Source: Leptospirales bacterium (GTDB lineage: Bacteria > Spirochaetota > Leptospiria > Turneriellales > JAOUFE01). From it: a DNA stretch of 64,000 nucleotides. The notes under the pieces are model-generated. The model worked only from the letters and a program-made list of their open reading frames with translations. It was not told where the DNA came from and searched no databases. Shown one piece after another: positions 45,893 to 59,433 of this stretch (the first letter of the stretch is position 1; the number at the start of each line of letters is the position of its first letter). The position numbers and the translations under genes are program-made. The stretch is from the NCBI GenBank assembly GCA_040326155.1, contig JBEQLE010000003.1, positions 9,725-73,724 of the forward strand. Reading direction: 5' to 3'.

Positions 45893-46528
45893 ATGGCAAC
45901 AGAAATAATAAACATACAATCCCCCGGTATAACGGAAGAAAAAATACGGTCTTTAAAAATGGGAGACATTGTCTCCATTTCCGGAACAATTGTAACCGGT
46001 AGAGACGTAGCGCACAAATATCTTGAAGATAATTTTATTCACAACGACAACCCCCCGGTTGAAGAATTAAAAGTTCTCGATGAACTTAAAAAAGAAATGG
46101 ATGGTGGAATTATATACCACTGCGGACCAGTCGTTATGAAAGACGACAATGGAGAATATAGGTTTACCGCCGCCGGCCCTACAACTTCCATTCGAGAAGA
46201 ACCCTATGAATATGATGTTATTAAACTATTAAATTTACGCGGTGTAATTGGTAAAGGCGGTATGGGACCAAAAACTCTGAAAGGATGCCAGGACTTTGGA
46301 GCTGTCTATTTACACGCCATTGGTGGAGCGGCCACCTACACAGCCGGAAAAGTTAAAAAAGTAAACGCTGTGTTAAAACCAGAATTTGGAACTCCCGAAG
46401 CTTTCTGGGTAATAGAAGTAGAAAACTTTGAATGTATTGTTACGATGGACGCACATGGCAAAAGTCTGCATGAAACTGTATTGTCAGACTCAAAACAAAT
46501 ACAAAACAAATATAACGAAAATCGATAA
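45893..46528 (+). CDS. class I fumarate/tartrate hydro-lyase, beta subunit
   Basis: GTIVTGRDVAHK and GKGGMG. 211 aa. Confidence 0.85.
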   Translation: MATEIINIQSPGITEEKIRSLKMGDIVSISGTIVTGRDVAHKYLEDNFIHNDNPPVEELKVLDELKKEMDGGIIYHCGPVVMKDDNGEYRFTAAGPTTSIREEPYEYDVIKLLNLRGVIGKGGMGPKTLKGCQDFGAVYLHAIGGAATYTAGKVKKVNAVLKPEFGTPEAFWVIEVENFECIVTMDAHGKSLHETVLSDSKQIQNKYNENR

Positions 46529-46542
46529 GAGAGATTATCCGC

Positions 46543-47820
46543 TTGCGCAGTGTTAAACTTATTATCACAGGAAGCGAAGTAACCAACGGTTATATACAAG
46601 ATACAAATACGGGTTTTTTTGCCCGACAGATCTACTCTCTTGGTCTGTCTTTAAGTGAAGTACGCATTATACCAGACGATTTCAATAAAGCTCTGGAAAC
46701 AGTAAAAGATCTGTCAAATGGAAAAGACCTCATAATAATGACGGGCGGTCTTGGACCAACGGATGACGATTTAACCGTCGACATACTCTCTAAATTTACA
46801 GGACGAAAACCGGTATCTGACGAATTTGCTCGTAAAAACATTGAAAGTTTAATGGAAGCAGGAACACTAAACGTCCATAACTCATCGATGAAAAATCGTC
46901 TAATACGACAAAGTAGAATCATTGAAGGAAGCATAGCCTTGAAAAATCCTGTCGGGTTAGCACCCGGTATTTATATTCCTGAGCTGCCTTTAATTGCCTT
47001 GCCAGGGTTTCCACTTGAAATAAATGGAATCTGGCCCCAGGTCAAAAAGATTATTTCAACAATGGCTCCGCCATCTCAACTGACAAAAACAATGGCGCTC
47101 TGGGGTATCGCTGAAAGTCGCCTTTTCGAAAGTATAAATTTTCCCCCTGAAGTTCACGCCGGGGTACACTCCTTACCATACGGAACAAAACTGTTTTTAC
47201 GATGTGAGAAAAAAAAAGAACCTTTACTGGAAGAAACTTTGCTCAAAGTAAAAAACCTGTTTGAATTCAATATCGTTGAAAACCCTGTGAATAATTATAT
47301 CGAATATTTAAAAGCAAATAAACTTACGCTTGGAACTGTCGAAAGCTGTACCGGAGGACTTGGGGGAAAAATTATAACTGACATACCTGAAGTATCCTCT
47401 GTATATAACGGGTCTATTGTTACGTATCATGATAATGCAAAAATATCTTGCGCGGGTGTTCAACCAGAAACCATTCAAAAATACGGGGCTGTCAGTTTAG
47501 AAACTGCTGCGGAAATGGCGAAAGGCGGTTTAGAAAAACTCAATGTCGACAAATGTCTGTCTTTAACGGGAATCGCTGGTCCTGGCGGGGGCTCAAAGGA
47601 AAAGCCGGTAGGAACAGTGTATATTGCTATTGCGGATAAAAAGAAAAACCGGGCATATGTTAAGTGCTTTAAATTTCCATATGGACGAGAACGTTTTCGA
47701 ATGGCGGCTATTTATGCCGGATTTTTATCCATGTACCAAAAAGATGTTGTATTTCAGGAAAATGATGATAAATGGTTAAAAGAAAAAACGAGAGGAAATT
47801 TTACTATAATCGATCTATGA
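46543..47820 (+). CDS. cinA: CinA-family protein (MoCF-binding domain + PncC NMN deamidase domain)
   Basis: MTGGLGPTDDDLT in the N-domain. ESCTGGL and TGIAGPGG in the C-domain. TTG start. Confidence 0.85.
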   Translation: MRSVKLIITGSEVTNGYIQDTNTGFFARQIYSLGLSLSEVRIIPDDFNKALETVKDLSNGKDLIIMTGGLGPTDDDLTVDILSKFTGRKPVSDEFARKNIESLMEAGTLNVHNSSMKNRLIRQSRIIEGSIALKNPVGLAPGIYIPELPLIALPGFPLEINGIWPQVKKIISTMAPPSQLTKTMALWGIAESRLFESINFPPEVHAGVHSLPYGTKLFLRCEKKKEPLLEETLLKVKNLFEFNIVENPVNNYIEYLKANKLTLGTVESCTGGLGGKIITDIPEVSSVYNGSIVTYHDNAKISCAGVQPETIQKYGAVSLETAAEMAKGGLEKLNVDKCLSLTGIAGPGGGSKEKPVGTVYIAIADKKKNRAYVKCFKFPYGRERFRMAAIYAGFLSMYQKDVVFQENDDKWLKEKTRGNFTIIDL

Positions 47821-48180
47821 GGCGATTCCCTGCTTTAACGGGTACTCGATGTAGAACGAACCCTCGTTAATACTTTGCAACAATTGCTCCAGACGCGCCA
47901 TTTTAATTATGCTTAAAACATTAATGTTTGCTCCAAATAACAGCAAAACATGGCTTGTCTTCTCCAGGTATTTTCGCAGCTTGATCAATAAACTCAAACC
48001 CGCCGTATCCATATAACCGAGTTTAGTCAAATTTACTGCAAAAACTGGTTCCGGATGCTCTTCTATTTCTTTTATAATTTCTGATTCCAACGTAAGAATT
48101 TGATCTGCATCCAAACGTCCAGTTATTATAAATTCAGTGGCGCCCATTCTGTGTTTAATAAATAAATTTACGGTACTCAT
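47815..48180 (-). CDS. STAS-domain anti-sigma-factor antagonist
   Basis: 121 aa. LGYMDTAGLSLLIKL is a SpoIIAA-like phosphorylation loop with Thr. Confidence 0.75.
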   Translation of the reverse strand: MSTVNLFIKHRMGATEFIITGRLDADQILTLESEIIKEIEEHPEPVFAVNLTKLGYMDTAGLSLLIKLRKYLEKTSHVLLLFGANINVLSIIKMARLEQLLQSINEGSFYIEYPLKQGIAS

Positions 48181-48346
48181 ACGTTATATCAATAGGACGG
48201 CATTTGCCATGAATTAGCAACGAAAATAACTTACAAAATAATAATAATTATCAACATATACCGGTTCGCCAATATCGAAGGCGATCAAAACTGAAAAAGA
48301 TATCGAACATCCGGCAAAACGGACGATAGTATAATTAGGTATTTAG

Positions 48347-48787
48347 ATGATCTATTCACTGCATGTACAAAAAACCATAAAAGCTTTTAGCGCAATTATA
48401 CTATTTTCCTTGTTCGCACCTACTTATTTCGGCGATACAAGAAGTGAACTTCGCTATTATGAACTGGAGTTTAAAAAGGAACCTCCGCGTGTCTGGCCCG
48501 ATACCCTGTTTGAAAAAACGGTCTGGCATAAAAAAGTTTCTCACCTGGTGTTGGAAGATAAAAAAGATCGATTCTTCGTTACCTTGCTCATGATTAGCCC
48601 TTATCCGTATAATTACAAATCTCAAAATTACGCCTTACATTATGAGTTTTTTGAATATGAAGAAGCCTTTGCAAAATTTGTCTGGCTGGATAATTTTATA
48701 AAGAACAACGGGGTTCTAAGAATTAAAATTCTGGGTAGTATGATTATCGAAGAAAAAATAATATATAAGGGCGATTCAGTCCGTTAG
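48347..48787 (+). CDS. hypothetical secreted protein
   Basis: Signal-like N-terminus. No motif. The 3' end overlaps the alr 3' end by 12 nt. Confidence 0.45.
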   Translation: MIYSLHVQKTIKAFSAIILFSLFAPTYFGDTRSELRYYELEFKKEPPRVWPDTLFEKTVWHKKVSHLVLEDKKDRFFVTLLMISPYPYNYKSQNYALHYEFFEYEEAFAKFVWLDNFIKNNGVLRIKILGSMIIEEKIIYKGDSVR

Positions 48788-49888
48788 ACGTCGGCGTATT
48801 CGATTTCCAAAACCGGTCATAATCTCATATGTTATTGTCCGGGAAGTCTGTGCAACCTCTTCCAAAGAGACAGAGTTTGGCCCAATCAACTCAACCCACT
48901 CTTGCAAATTAAAAACTTTACCTAACAAAATCTGATCCATGGTAACCCTGCCAAGCAAGGGATGTTTACCGAATTTGAAATTATTCGATAAAGCCCTGGG
49001 AATTCCATCTGCGTAACCAAGAGGTATTACCCCCACATTTTCCATCTCTTCGCTAACCGTAAAAGTTGACCCATACGATATGGTTTCACCCTTTTGCATT
49101 TGGCGAACGGAAACAGGTCTCGCCCTCAATGAAAGAGCCGGCCTTAATGGGATTTTTTTCCCGAATTCATCCAGATCTTTTTTATTCTGAAAATATCCAT
49201 AAAACATAAGGCCAGGTCGTATCATATCAAAATGAGATTCTGGATAAAAAACTGTCGCATAAGAGTTAGCCGTATGTAACAAAACTTCATCACGGTTTAG
49301 CTTTAGTTTCTCAATAAGGAATGACGATGTGGCTTTAAATTCGCTAATAATATTTTTCGTAGAAACTTCATCGGGAATATCTGCATTTGGAAAATGGGTA
49401 AATATTCCGGCAACCTGCAAATTAGGGGCAGAATTTAAAGATTCCACTGTTTTACTTTCCTGTTCTTTCTTTAAACCTATTCGCCCCATTCCAAGGTCAA
49501 GTTTTAAATGAACCGATAATTTCTGGTTTCGTTGTTCGGCCATTTTATTCAGATATTCGACTTGCCACACATCAGTTATACTCGGGGTAATAGAATATTC
49601 GAAAAAGATTGTTGCACTTTCTTTGTAAAAACCACCGAGGTTTAAAACCTGACCTTGCCAGCCCAGGTCTCGAAGCGTATAACCCTCCAATGGGTTTGCT
49701 ACTCCAAGGTAGTCAATCTTTACTTCATTAAAAAATGGTAAAAGCTCCAAAATGCCGCATCCATAGGCATTAGCCTTCACTGGTATTAAAACTTTCGTTG
49801 AATTTTGGCCACAACCTTGTAAGAGACGAAGGTTTTCTTCCAAGGCTTTTTTACTTATATTAAGTTCAGGGTAACAATCGAATTTCAT
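48776..49888 (-). CDS. alr: alanine racemase
   Basis: PLP-lysine motif PVKANAYGCG. 370 aa with the overall two-domain length. Confidence 0.88.
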   Translation of the reverse strand: MKFDCYPELNISKKALEENLRLLQGCGQNSTKVLIPVKANAYGCGILELLPFFNEVKIDYLGVANPLEGYTLRDLGWQGQVLNLGGFYKESATIFFEYSITPSITDVWQVEYLNKMAEQRNQKLSVHLKLDLGMGRIGLKKEQESKTVESLNSAPNLQVAGIFTHFPNADIPDEVSTKNIISEFKATSSFLIEKLKLNRDEVLLHTANSYATVFYPESHFDMIRPGLMFYGYFQNKKDLDEFGKKIPLRPALSLRARPVSVRQMQKGETISYGSTFTVSEEMENVGVIPLGYADGIPRALSNNFKFGKHPLLGRVTMDQILLGKVFNLQEWVELIGPNSVSLEEVAQTSRTITYEIMTGFGNRIRRRLTD

Positions 49889-49903
49889 AAATCAAACTAT
49901 CAT

Positions 49904-51988
49904 TTAAGCTTTTTTATCTTCGCCCATATATTCTTTTATGAAATCTGCTACTTTCTCCGGGTCCATTGGTTTACCAATATAATAGCCTTGTCCGTAATCG
50001 GCGCCTTGCTCTTTGCAAAAGTTGTATTGTTCTTCATTTTCAATACCTTCCACAACAACTTCATAACTTAAGGCATGGGCCATTTGAATCATCGCACGAA
50101 CAATGGCAGTACTATCTGGATCATGTGGTATGTCATCAATGAACGATTTATCGATTTTTATTTTATTAATAGGGAATTTTTTTAAATAACTCAATGAAGA
50201 ATAACCTGTACCGAAATCATCAATCGAAATCGTAAAACCAGATTCATTTAATATATTCAGCATTTCTATCGAATAATCAATATCATCCATAGCTATAGAT
50301 TCCGTAACTTCAACAATTATTTTTCCATGATCAAGCTTTGCAACACCCAGAGATCTTTTTAAATAATTAATAATGTCTGTATTTTTAAATTGGCGCAATG
50401 AAAAATTAATGGCAACTGATGTATCGATTCCATCTTTGAGGGCCCATCGTTGCAGCTGAAGAGTCGACTCTTCAATGACCCAGGCACCCATACGAATAAT
50501 CATATCGGTCTCTTCCGCTATGGGAATAAACTCATCGGGTCTTATTCTCTTATCGCCGCTATCCCAGCGTATTAAAGCTTCAAACGATGAAACTTTTTTT
50601 TCCTGTAAAGAAACGATGGGTTGATATTGTAAGATAAATTCATAACGCTCGATAGCTCGCAGCAAGCGTCCTTCCATTTGTAAAATATTTACGATTCTTG
50701 CCCGCATTTTCGAATCATATATTTCGGTTGACCCGCGCCCTTTTTGCAAACCTTTTTGCAACGCCGTAATCCCATCCCGGTATATGTTGGCAGCTGACTC
50801 AAATGTTTTATCAACAAAAACCAGTCCGATACTGGCACTCATGGAAAACTCAGTTCCATCTTTTAGCAGCGGCTTTGAAACAATTTTATGGATTTTTTTA
50901 GCAATTTTATCAACCTCGGTAACCTCGGGATTATCAAATAGAATAAGCCCAAACTCCGAACCGCCCGTACGAGCCAGAGAATCGACATTCCGAATAATCT
51001 TCGAAATTCTTTCAACTGCACTAAGTAACGCAAATTCTCCTGCCTGCGGTCCAAAATTACTTGTAATTAACTTATGGTTTTCAAGCTCTATAATAATTAC
51101 AACAAAGTTTTCTCCTCCGTTGCGGTGCAGTCGTGATACAACCGTTTGAATTCTATCCAGAAATAATACTTTGTTGGGAAGCCCGGTTAACGCATCTTGC
51201 AATTTTTCTGCTGTGATATCAATAAGAGAACCCGCGATTTTTTGTACAGAACCTTCAGCATCTCGCAGCGCCTTACCTTGCACACGAGCCCATATATACG
51301 ATCCATTCTTATGCAATAGCCTATGCTCGGTATATAACTTCGGCGTTTCATTAGAAAAGTGTTTATGTATTTCATCTTCCACATGGCTTGTATCTTCCGG
51401 ATGAATTCGGTCAAACCACACTTCTGCCGTTCCCATAATTTCCTTAGAATCAAAACCCAGTATTTCAGCCCATCTTGGAGAATAATAGACGGCATTTGTA
51501 CGTAAATTCCACTCCCAGATACCATCATTTGTCGCCTGCAAAGCCAGGGAGTACCGCTCTTCGCTCTCTATTAATGCGGCAAGTATACCGGAACGTTGAA
51601 TAGCATATTGTATGGAACGATTCAGTAAAAGTTTATCAATTTTACCTTTAATTAAATAATCCTGCGCCCCCATTTTAACTGCTTTCAGGGCTAATTCGGT
51701 ATCGTCCACTCCGGTTAATATAATAACCGGGATATCGGGCTTTGGTTCGTGAATTTTTTCGAACGTAGACAATCCATTCGAGTCAGGCAAAGTTAAATCG
51801 AGTAATATGACTTCAAATCTCTGGTTTTCAAGCGCAAGAAAGGCTTCGGCCAATGTCTCAGCTACAGTGACAACAAATCGACGTTGTTCGGACTTCGCTT
51901 CAGAATCTGAAACGCTATTAATGATAGCCTGTAAATATGTTTGGTTTACAGCATTGTCTTCAACAAGCAAGAGTTTAAGCGTAATCAT
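49904..51988 (-). CDS. response regulator with REC-PAS-GGDEF(degenerate)-EAL domains
   Basis: REC domain (LLDLTLPD). PAS (NDGIWEWN). The GGDEF site reads GGSEF. EAL site FEALIRW, plus DDFGTGYSS. Confidence 0.88.
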   Translation of the reverse strand: MITLKLLLVEDNAVNQTYLQAIINSVSDSEAKSEQRRFVVTVAETLAEAFLALENQRFEVILLDLTLPDSNGLSTFEKIHEPKPDIPVIILTGVDDTELALKAVKMGAQDYLIKGKIDKLLLNRSIQYAIQRSGILAALIESEERYSLALQATNDGIWEWNLRTNAVYYSPRWAEILGFDSKEIMGTAEVWFDRIHPEDTSHVEDEIHKHFSNETPKLYTEHRLLHKNGSYIWARVQGKALRDAEGSVQKIAGSLIDITAEKLQDALTGLPNKVLFLDRIQTVVSRLHRNGGENFVVIIIELENHKLITSNFGPQAGEFALLSAVERISKIIRNVDSLARTGGSEFGLILFDNPEVTEVDKIAKKIHKIVSKPLLKDGTEFSMSASIGLVFVDKTFESAANIYRDGITALQKGLQKGRGSTEIYDSKMRARIVNILQMEGRLLRAIERYEFILQYQPIVSLQEKKVSSFEALIRWDSGDKRIRPDEFIPIAEETDMIIRMGAWVIEESTLQLQRWALKDGIDTSVAINFSLRQFKNTDIINYLKRSLGVAKLDHGKIIVEVTESIAMDDIDYSIEMLNILNESGFTISIDDFGTGYSSLSYLKKFPINKIKIDKSFIDDIPHDPDSTAIVRAMIQMAHALSYEVVVEGIENEEQYNFCKEQGADYGQGYYIGKPMDPEKVADFIKEYMGEDKKA

Positions 51989-52048
51989 ACTTTTTACACA
52001 TCGAAACCGATGCTTTGTTAGGTAAAAATGGCTGTAACTCTTCGTCTA

Positions 52049-52435
52049 TTATTTTTTTTCTGCGTAAGCAATACGGGCTCGGTGCGCGGAGGTTTCATTT
52101 TCTACAAAATCTCTTTCTTCAGGAGCAATAATATGAGAAATCTTTTCACCCAGACTTTTTATTTCAGCTTCCACATCAACGTGATCGGGTAAAATGGCTC
52201 CCTCGACTAAAACGCTTAAAGTGTCGTTTTTCACTTCAACGAATCCGCCATCGATAATATATTTCATATCGGAATCGTCCATTTTAATAATCAACATTCC
52301 AGGTTCAAGCTCGCCAATCAGGTTGGTATGCCCCGCTAAAACTGAAAAGCTTGCATCGCTTCCCGGTAGTTGGACACTGCTTGTTTTACCTTCAAATAAA
52401 ATTTCTTCAGGTGATATAACGCTAACTGTTAACAT
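52049..52435 (-). CDS. atpC: ATP synthase F1 epsilon subunit
   Basis: 128 aa. Last gene of the atp operon. Typical N-terminal beta-sandwich sequence. Confidence 0.85.
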   Translation of the reverse strand: MLTVSVISPEEILFEGKTSSVQLPGSDASFSVLAGHTNLIGELEPGMLIIKMDDSDMKYIIDGGFVEVKNDTLSVLVEGAILPDHVDVEAEIKSLGEKISHIIAPEERDFVENETSAHRARIAYAEKK

Positions 52436-52459
52436 AAATACCCTCTTTTTATTATTTTT

Positions 52460-54762
<2,303 letters not shown>

Positions 54763-56280
54763 TTACTTTGTTATGCCTTTTTTATATTGATCAACAAAAT
54801 CAGCTAATACTTTTTTCAATTCAACTTCATCGGGCAGGGTTTTCTTTTCAGTAATAGTCGCTAAAAATTCCGGGAAAGCACTCTCTATGTATTCCAAAAG
54901 TTTAGCTTCAAAATCGGTAATTTCAGATACTGGTATAGTATCGAGAAAGCCTTTTGTTCCTGCATAAATAGATATTACCTGTTTTTCAATTGAAAATGGA
55001 GCGTATTGGTCTTGTTTTAATAGTTCAACCAAACGCACACCACGATCAATTTGCTTTTGCGTCGCAGCGTCAAGTTCCGTTCCCAATTGAGAGAAAGCTT
55101 CCAGCTCCCTGAACTGGGCAAGGTCTAGTTTCAATGTTCCGGCAACTTTTTTCATTGCCTTAATTTGAGCCGAACCACCCACTCGAGATACTGAAATTCC
55201 CACATCTACCGCTGGTCGAACACCTGCGGCAAACAAGTTTGGTTGAAGATATATCTGACCATCGGTAATCGAAATTACGTTGGTTGGAATATAAGCCGAA
55301 ACCTCACCAGCCTGAGTTTCAATAATGGGAAGCGCAGTCAATGAACCTGAGCCATATTTTTCACTCATTTTCACGGCACGCTCTAATAATCGGGAGTGTA
55401 AGTAAAATACATCTCCGGGGTATGCTTCACGTCCTGGAGGACGTCGTAATAATAAAGACATTTGTCGATAAGCGTTAGCATGTTTTGAAAGGTCATCAAA
55501 AACACATAAGGTATGTTTTCCATCAGCATACATAAATTCTTCGGCCATCGATGTACCGGCGTATGGAGCAATATACTGAAGTGGAGCGGCATCAGAAGCA
55601 TTCGCTGTGACAATTATTGTATAATCCATAGCGCCGGCTTTTTCAAGTTTTTGTACTACGTTTGCAACGGTCGAAGCTTTTTGTGCAATGGCAACATACA
55701 CACAAATTACGCCGTTTCCTTTCTGGTTAATAATAGTATCTAATGCAATTGCCGTTTTACCGGTTCCACGATCGCCAATAATAAGCTCTCGTTGTCCCCT
55801 TCCAATAGGAATCATAGCATCAATTGCTTTAATACCTGTTTGCATCGGCTCATGCACGGGGTGACGTTTGGCGATACCGGGAGCAATAATCTCAACCGGA
55901 CGCGTTTTTTTGGCATTAATCGGCCCTTTTCCGTCGATTGGTTCTCCGAGCGGATTCACAACCCGTCCGATTAACTCGGGACCGACAGGAACTTCAAGAA
56001 TTCTCTCTGTTCGTTTAACAGTGTCACCTTCGCGAATATTTAAATAATCGCCCATGATCACAACCCCGACCGAATTTTCTTCAAGGTTAAAAGCCAAACC
56101 AGTAGTGCCGTTCGAAAACTCCACCATCTCATTGGCCATTACACCTTTCAGTCCGAAAACACGGGCTATCCCGTCTCCGACTTCAAGTACGGACCCGACT
56201 TCATCGACGTCGAGCTTTTTACCATACTCTGATATTTCTTTTTTTAGTACTGATACAATTTCATCCGTATTAACTTTCAC
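54763..56280 (-). CDS. atpA: ATP synthase F1 alpha subunit
   Basis: Walker [10 protein letters not shown]. The listed start at 56286 is TTG with no spacer. The GTG at 56280 lies 6 nt after SD AAGAGG and is preferred. Confidence 0.96.
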   Translation of the reverse strand: MKVNTDEIVSVLKKEISEYGKKLDVDEVGSVLEVGDGIARVFGLKGVMANEMVEFSNGTTGLAFNLEENSVGVVIMGDYLNIREGDTVKRTERILEVPVGPELIGRVVNPLGEPIDGKGPINAKKTRPVEIIAPGIAKRHPVHEPMQTGIKAIDAMIPIGRGQRELIIGDRGTGKTAIALDTIINQKGNGVICVYVAIAQKASTVANVVQKLEKAGAMDYTIIVTANASDAAPLQYIAPYAGTSMAEEFMYADGKHTLCVFDDLSKHANAYRQMSLLLRRPPGREAYPGDVFYLHSRLLERAVKMSEKYGSGSLTALPIIETQAGEVSAYIPTNVISITDGQIYLQPNLFAAGVRPAVDVGISVSRVGGSAQIKAMKKVAGTLKLDLAQFRELEAFSQLGTELDAATQKQIDRGVRLVELLKQDQYAPFSIEKQVISIYAGTKGFLDTIPVSEITDFEAKLLEYIESAFPEFLATITEKKTLPDEVELKKVLADFVDQYKKGITK

Positions 56281-56313
56281 GTTCAACCTCTTGCTGTTGT
56301 ATAATCTCTGTTA

Positions 56314-56922
56314 TTAGTCCGATAGTGAATTCGCTGTTTTAAGATCGATTCGCGACCCGTGTACTCTCAATTTCCATTCCCGAAGGTATGTTTTTACCGA
56401 AGAGTCCCACTGGTAATCGCCAACACGTAAAATAACCCCGCCGAGAAGCGATTCGTCAGTTGTTAACCTCGGAATAAACTCGACAGTCTTACCATCAACA
56501 ACGCCAAACTGGTCGCCGTGATTCTTAATCAGCTCTTCTACTTTATTTACAATCGCTTTTATATCTTTTTCAGGAAAATCGCGACTTAAAGTGATCAGGG
56601 GACGTACCCTGTTAAAGGCGATATCTACAAGTTCCGTAAAGCCCCGGGAAATATTATCGAGCAATGTTGTGCGTCCTTTATTAATTAAAACCAGTAATAA
56701 GGATAAAACCTCACCATCTATGGCTTTTCTAAAAGCGCTTTCTATTGCCGTTTTTTTCTTTTCCGCCGGAACTTTGGGCGACTCATAGAACGACTTTAAT
56801 TCAGGGTTATCAGCAAACAGGGTGACGACCGTCTGCAAAGATTCTTCCATCTTTTTTAAATCGGCCCCTTCAATTTCTGAAAGCGCCGTTGAGTATCGAT
56901 ATGCCGCACTGTCTGTGTTCAT
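56314..56922 (-). CDS. atpH: ATP synthase F1 delta (OSCP) subunit
   Basis: Position in the operon. Size is 202 aa, which is longer than typical. C-terminal LLGGVILRVGD. Confidence 0.85.
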   Translation of the reverse strand: MNTDSAAYRYSTALSEIEGADLKKMEESLQTVVTLFADNPELKSFYESPKVPAEKKKTAIESAFRKAIDGEVLSLLLVLINKGRTTLLDNISRGFTELVDIAFNRVRPLITLSRDFPEKDIKAIVNKVEELIKNHGDQFGVVDGKTVEFIPRLTTDESLLGGVILRVGDYQWDSSVKTYLREWKLRVHGSRIDLKTANSLSD

Positions 56923-56930
56923 AACCCCTC

Positions 56931-57449
56931 TTAATTATCACTTTTTAATCGTTCAAGCTCTTGCATGATGAGTTTTTTATGCTCAGCATCGTTAACATCT
57001 TTTTGTAAAACATTAGACATTAACTGCAAGGAAATTTCCACCGCTAAATCTTGTATTTCTTTAACGGCTTTCAATTTGGCTTGTTCGATATCATGTGAAG
57101 AACGCTCGCGAATTCTAGCCGCTTCGGCCTGGGCCTCTTCGGTTATGGTTGCTCGCGAGACTTCTCCGTCTCTTCTTCCCTCTTCTAGCAGATCCGCCAC
57201 TTCTTTCTTGGCGTTGTCCAGCTTAGACTCATAATCTTTCAATAAGTCTTCAGCCTCATTACGAAGTTTTTCACTTTTATTTAAGTCATCTTCAACTTTC
57301 GTATTTCGGGCGTCCAGAGCTGTTACAATTGGTGTCCAGGCAAAACGCCAAAGAACAAGCATCACTAATGAAAAAGTGACAATTGTCCAGAAAACCAAAC
57401 CGTATTCTACATGTAGTAGATCGAGAGAACCGCTGCTTAATAATGCCAT
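56931..57449 (-). CDS. atpF: ATP synthase Fo subunit b
   Basis: A single N-terminal TM helix followed by a long charged helix. Operon position. Confidence 0.88.
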   Translation of the reverse strand: MALLSSGSLDLLHVEYGLVFWTIVTFSLVMLVLWRFAWTPIVTALDARNTKVEDDLNKSEKLRNEAEDLLKDYESKLDNAKKEVADLLEEGRRDGEVSRATITEEAQAEAARIRERSSHDIEQAKLKAVKEIQDLAVEISLQLMSNVLQKDVNDAEHKKLIMQELERLKSDN

Positions 57450-57466
57450 TACTAGTATTTACTTGG

Positions 57467-57706
<240 letters not shown>

Positions 57707-57742
57707 TCAAATTAATTCTTAATAATCTATCGTTATTTCATT

Positions 57743-58717
57743 TTAGTGCCTGTGTTGCACTGATGCTATAAATAAAGCCGTTAAAAACACAAATATATAG
57801 GCTTGTAAAAAGCCCACAAAAATCTCCAGCAGATAAATTGCCACTGAAGCGCCTATGCTTGCCGGAACTACACCCCAGCTTTGAAATTGAAAAATAAACC
57901 CGAGAAACACCAGAATAATCAAATGCCCGGCGGTCATGTTTGCCAAAAGCCGTATGGCCAATGCAAAAGGTTTTGATAAAAGGCCAATGATCTCAATAAA
58001 CCATAAAATAATATTAATAGGAAAAGGAACGCCTTTCGGTACAATATTTTTAATAAATGCAATACCCTGGTGAATAAAACCTGCGGCCAAAATAAACATG
58101 AAACTCATTATGGCAAGAGTTGCCGTTACGGCAATATCACCAGTCGGCGTGGTGCCGGGCCATAATTTCACCAAAAACGGTACTTCATCGCCGTGGCCAC
58201 CTGCGGCATGAGTACTACCAAAAAGTTCAGAAACTTTATAAGCAATTTCACCCAATGGAGGTATTAAACCCAGTAGATTACAAAACAAAACAAAGAAAAA
58301 CAAAGTCAATAAAAACGGCTCGTAAGGCTTGGAAAGTTTGCCCATAGAGCCTCTAGCCACATCAATTCTAATAAAATTTACAAAAACTTCGACTATTCCG
58401 GTAAATCTGGAAGGTTTACCATAGATATTTTTAGCGATTTTCCTGGCAGCTGGTATAAAGATGGCAAACAAAAAGAATGATGCTATCCACATCATCATGA
58501 CTCGTTTCGTTATGGAGATGTCATGCCCAAACACTTCCCAGTCTAGCTCCCAGATTGTACTGTCTGACAAGTGATGAGAAATTGTGCCGCTCATATCGAA
58601 ACCGGCAGGCTCAGGAAATGATTCTATAGCGTGAGCAGACGCTTCTTCTAATACCGGTACTGTGTTTTCACCAGTTCCGCTCGAAGGAGTAACCAGTTGG
58701 GTTAAAAATGATAACAT
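57743..58717 (-). CDS. atpB: ATP synthase Fo subunit a
   Basis: Essential Arg motif LAIRLLANMTAGH. 324 aa, with an extended N-terminus. Confidence 0.92.
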   Translation of the reverse strand: MLSFLTQLVTPSSGTGENTVPVLEEASAHAIESFPEPAGFDMSGTISHHLSDSTIWELDWEVFGHDISITKRVMMMWIASFFLFAIFIPAARKIAKNIYGKPSRFTGIVEVFVNFIRIDVARGSMGKLSKPYEPFLLTLFFFVLFCNLLGLIPPLGEIAYKVSELFGSTHAAGGHGDEVPFLVKLWPGTTPTGDIAVTATLAIMSFMFILAAGFIHQGIAFIKNIVPKGVPFPINIILWFIEIIGLLSKPFALAIRLLANMTAGHLIILVFLGFIFQFQSWGVVPASIGASVAIYLLEIFVGFLQAYIFVFLTALFIASVQHRH

Positions 58718-59040
58718 TATTTGGATAACCTCGTTTCAGTAATACCCTTGATTCCCGAAAGGGAAATAAACATATCAACAACCATTCCGCTTGTAATAGT
58801 AATAAAGAGCATCATATATGCAATTGTCCCTTCAGACTTTTCTATACTGTTTTGTTTTATGTATAAATACAATATTGTACCGCAAATTAAAAAACCCATT
58901 ATACGAATAGTTGTCCCTAACTGCCACCCTGACCATGGAGACAAGTCGTCCCCCTGCTTACGCATAATAAGGTTAATCAATACAGCAAACACTGAAGTTG
59001 CGATACCCAGTGCGATTGATATAATATATGACATTTCCAT
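58717..59040 (-). CDS. AtpI/AtpZ-like small membrane protein preceding the atp operon
   Basis: 107 aa with 3-4 TM helices. Its stop overlaps the atpB start by 1 nt. Confidence 0.6.
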   Translation of the reverse strand: MEMSYIISIALGIATSVFAVLINLIMRKQGDDLSPWSGWQLGTTIRIMGFLICGTILYLYIKQNSIEKSEGTIAYMMLFITITSGMVVDMFISLSGIKGITETRLSK

Positions 59041-59433
59041 TTAAATCTCGAAGCAAGCATAGCTGTCTCTATTGACATATGCCTTTCGGATAGAAAAAAA
59101 TTCTTTGGTACAATGCCAACCACTTTTATAGTTTTGAATGTCAAACCAAGCTGAAATTTTCATAAAAGTTGCCAGATTTTATAAAAACTGGCTCAAATTA
59201 AAATTTGCATCCGAAAAAACCCGTTTGCTTTCGCGGTCAAATACCGCAGTGCGAACACCGATCGTTTATACCTTAACGCTACGTAAACACTCTGCTGTTC
59301 GCTGGCCATACTCTTATTCTTTTTAGGAAGGGGGAAAGGCGGTTTTTGAAACCACTTGACCAATGGAGTGACATGATTCAAATACCCGAATTGTGATCGT
59401 AATTATATTCTTTAAACCGCAAGGTGGTAATAT

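Noticed and set aside
58721-59044. A 107-aa plus-strand ORF that exactly mirrors the atpI-like gene.
   Set aside because: It is a mirror ORF of an AT-rich membrane-protein gene. The minus-strand gene fits the operon context, because its stop overlaps the atpB start. Other antisense ORFs inside strong genes were dismissed on the same logic, for example 13651-14196, 45388-45756, 50784-51149, 53528-53887 and 7914-8363.
59041-59433. A 393-bp non-coding region between the atp operon and the ankyrin gene, inspected for an RNA gene. It contains GCGAACA...TGTTCGC and TGGTACAAT.
   Set aside because: I found only weak, isolated inverted repeats and a plausible extended -10. There is no terminator and no recognisable RNA family signature. 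It is most simply a pair of divergent promoter regions.
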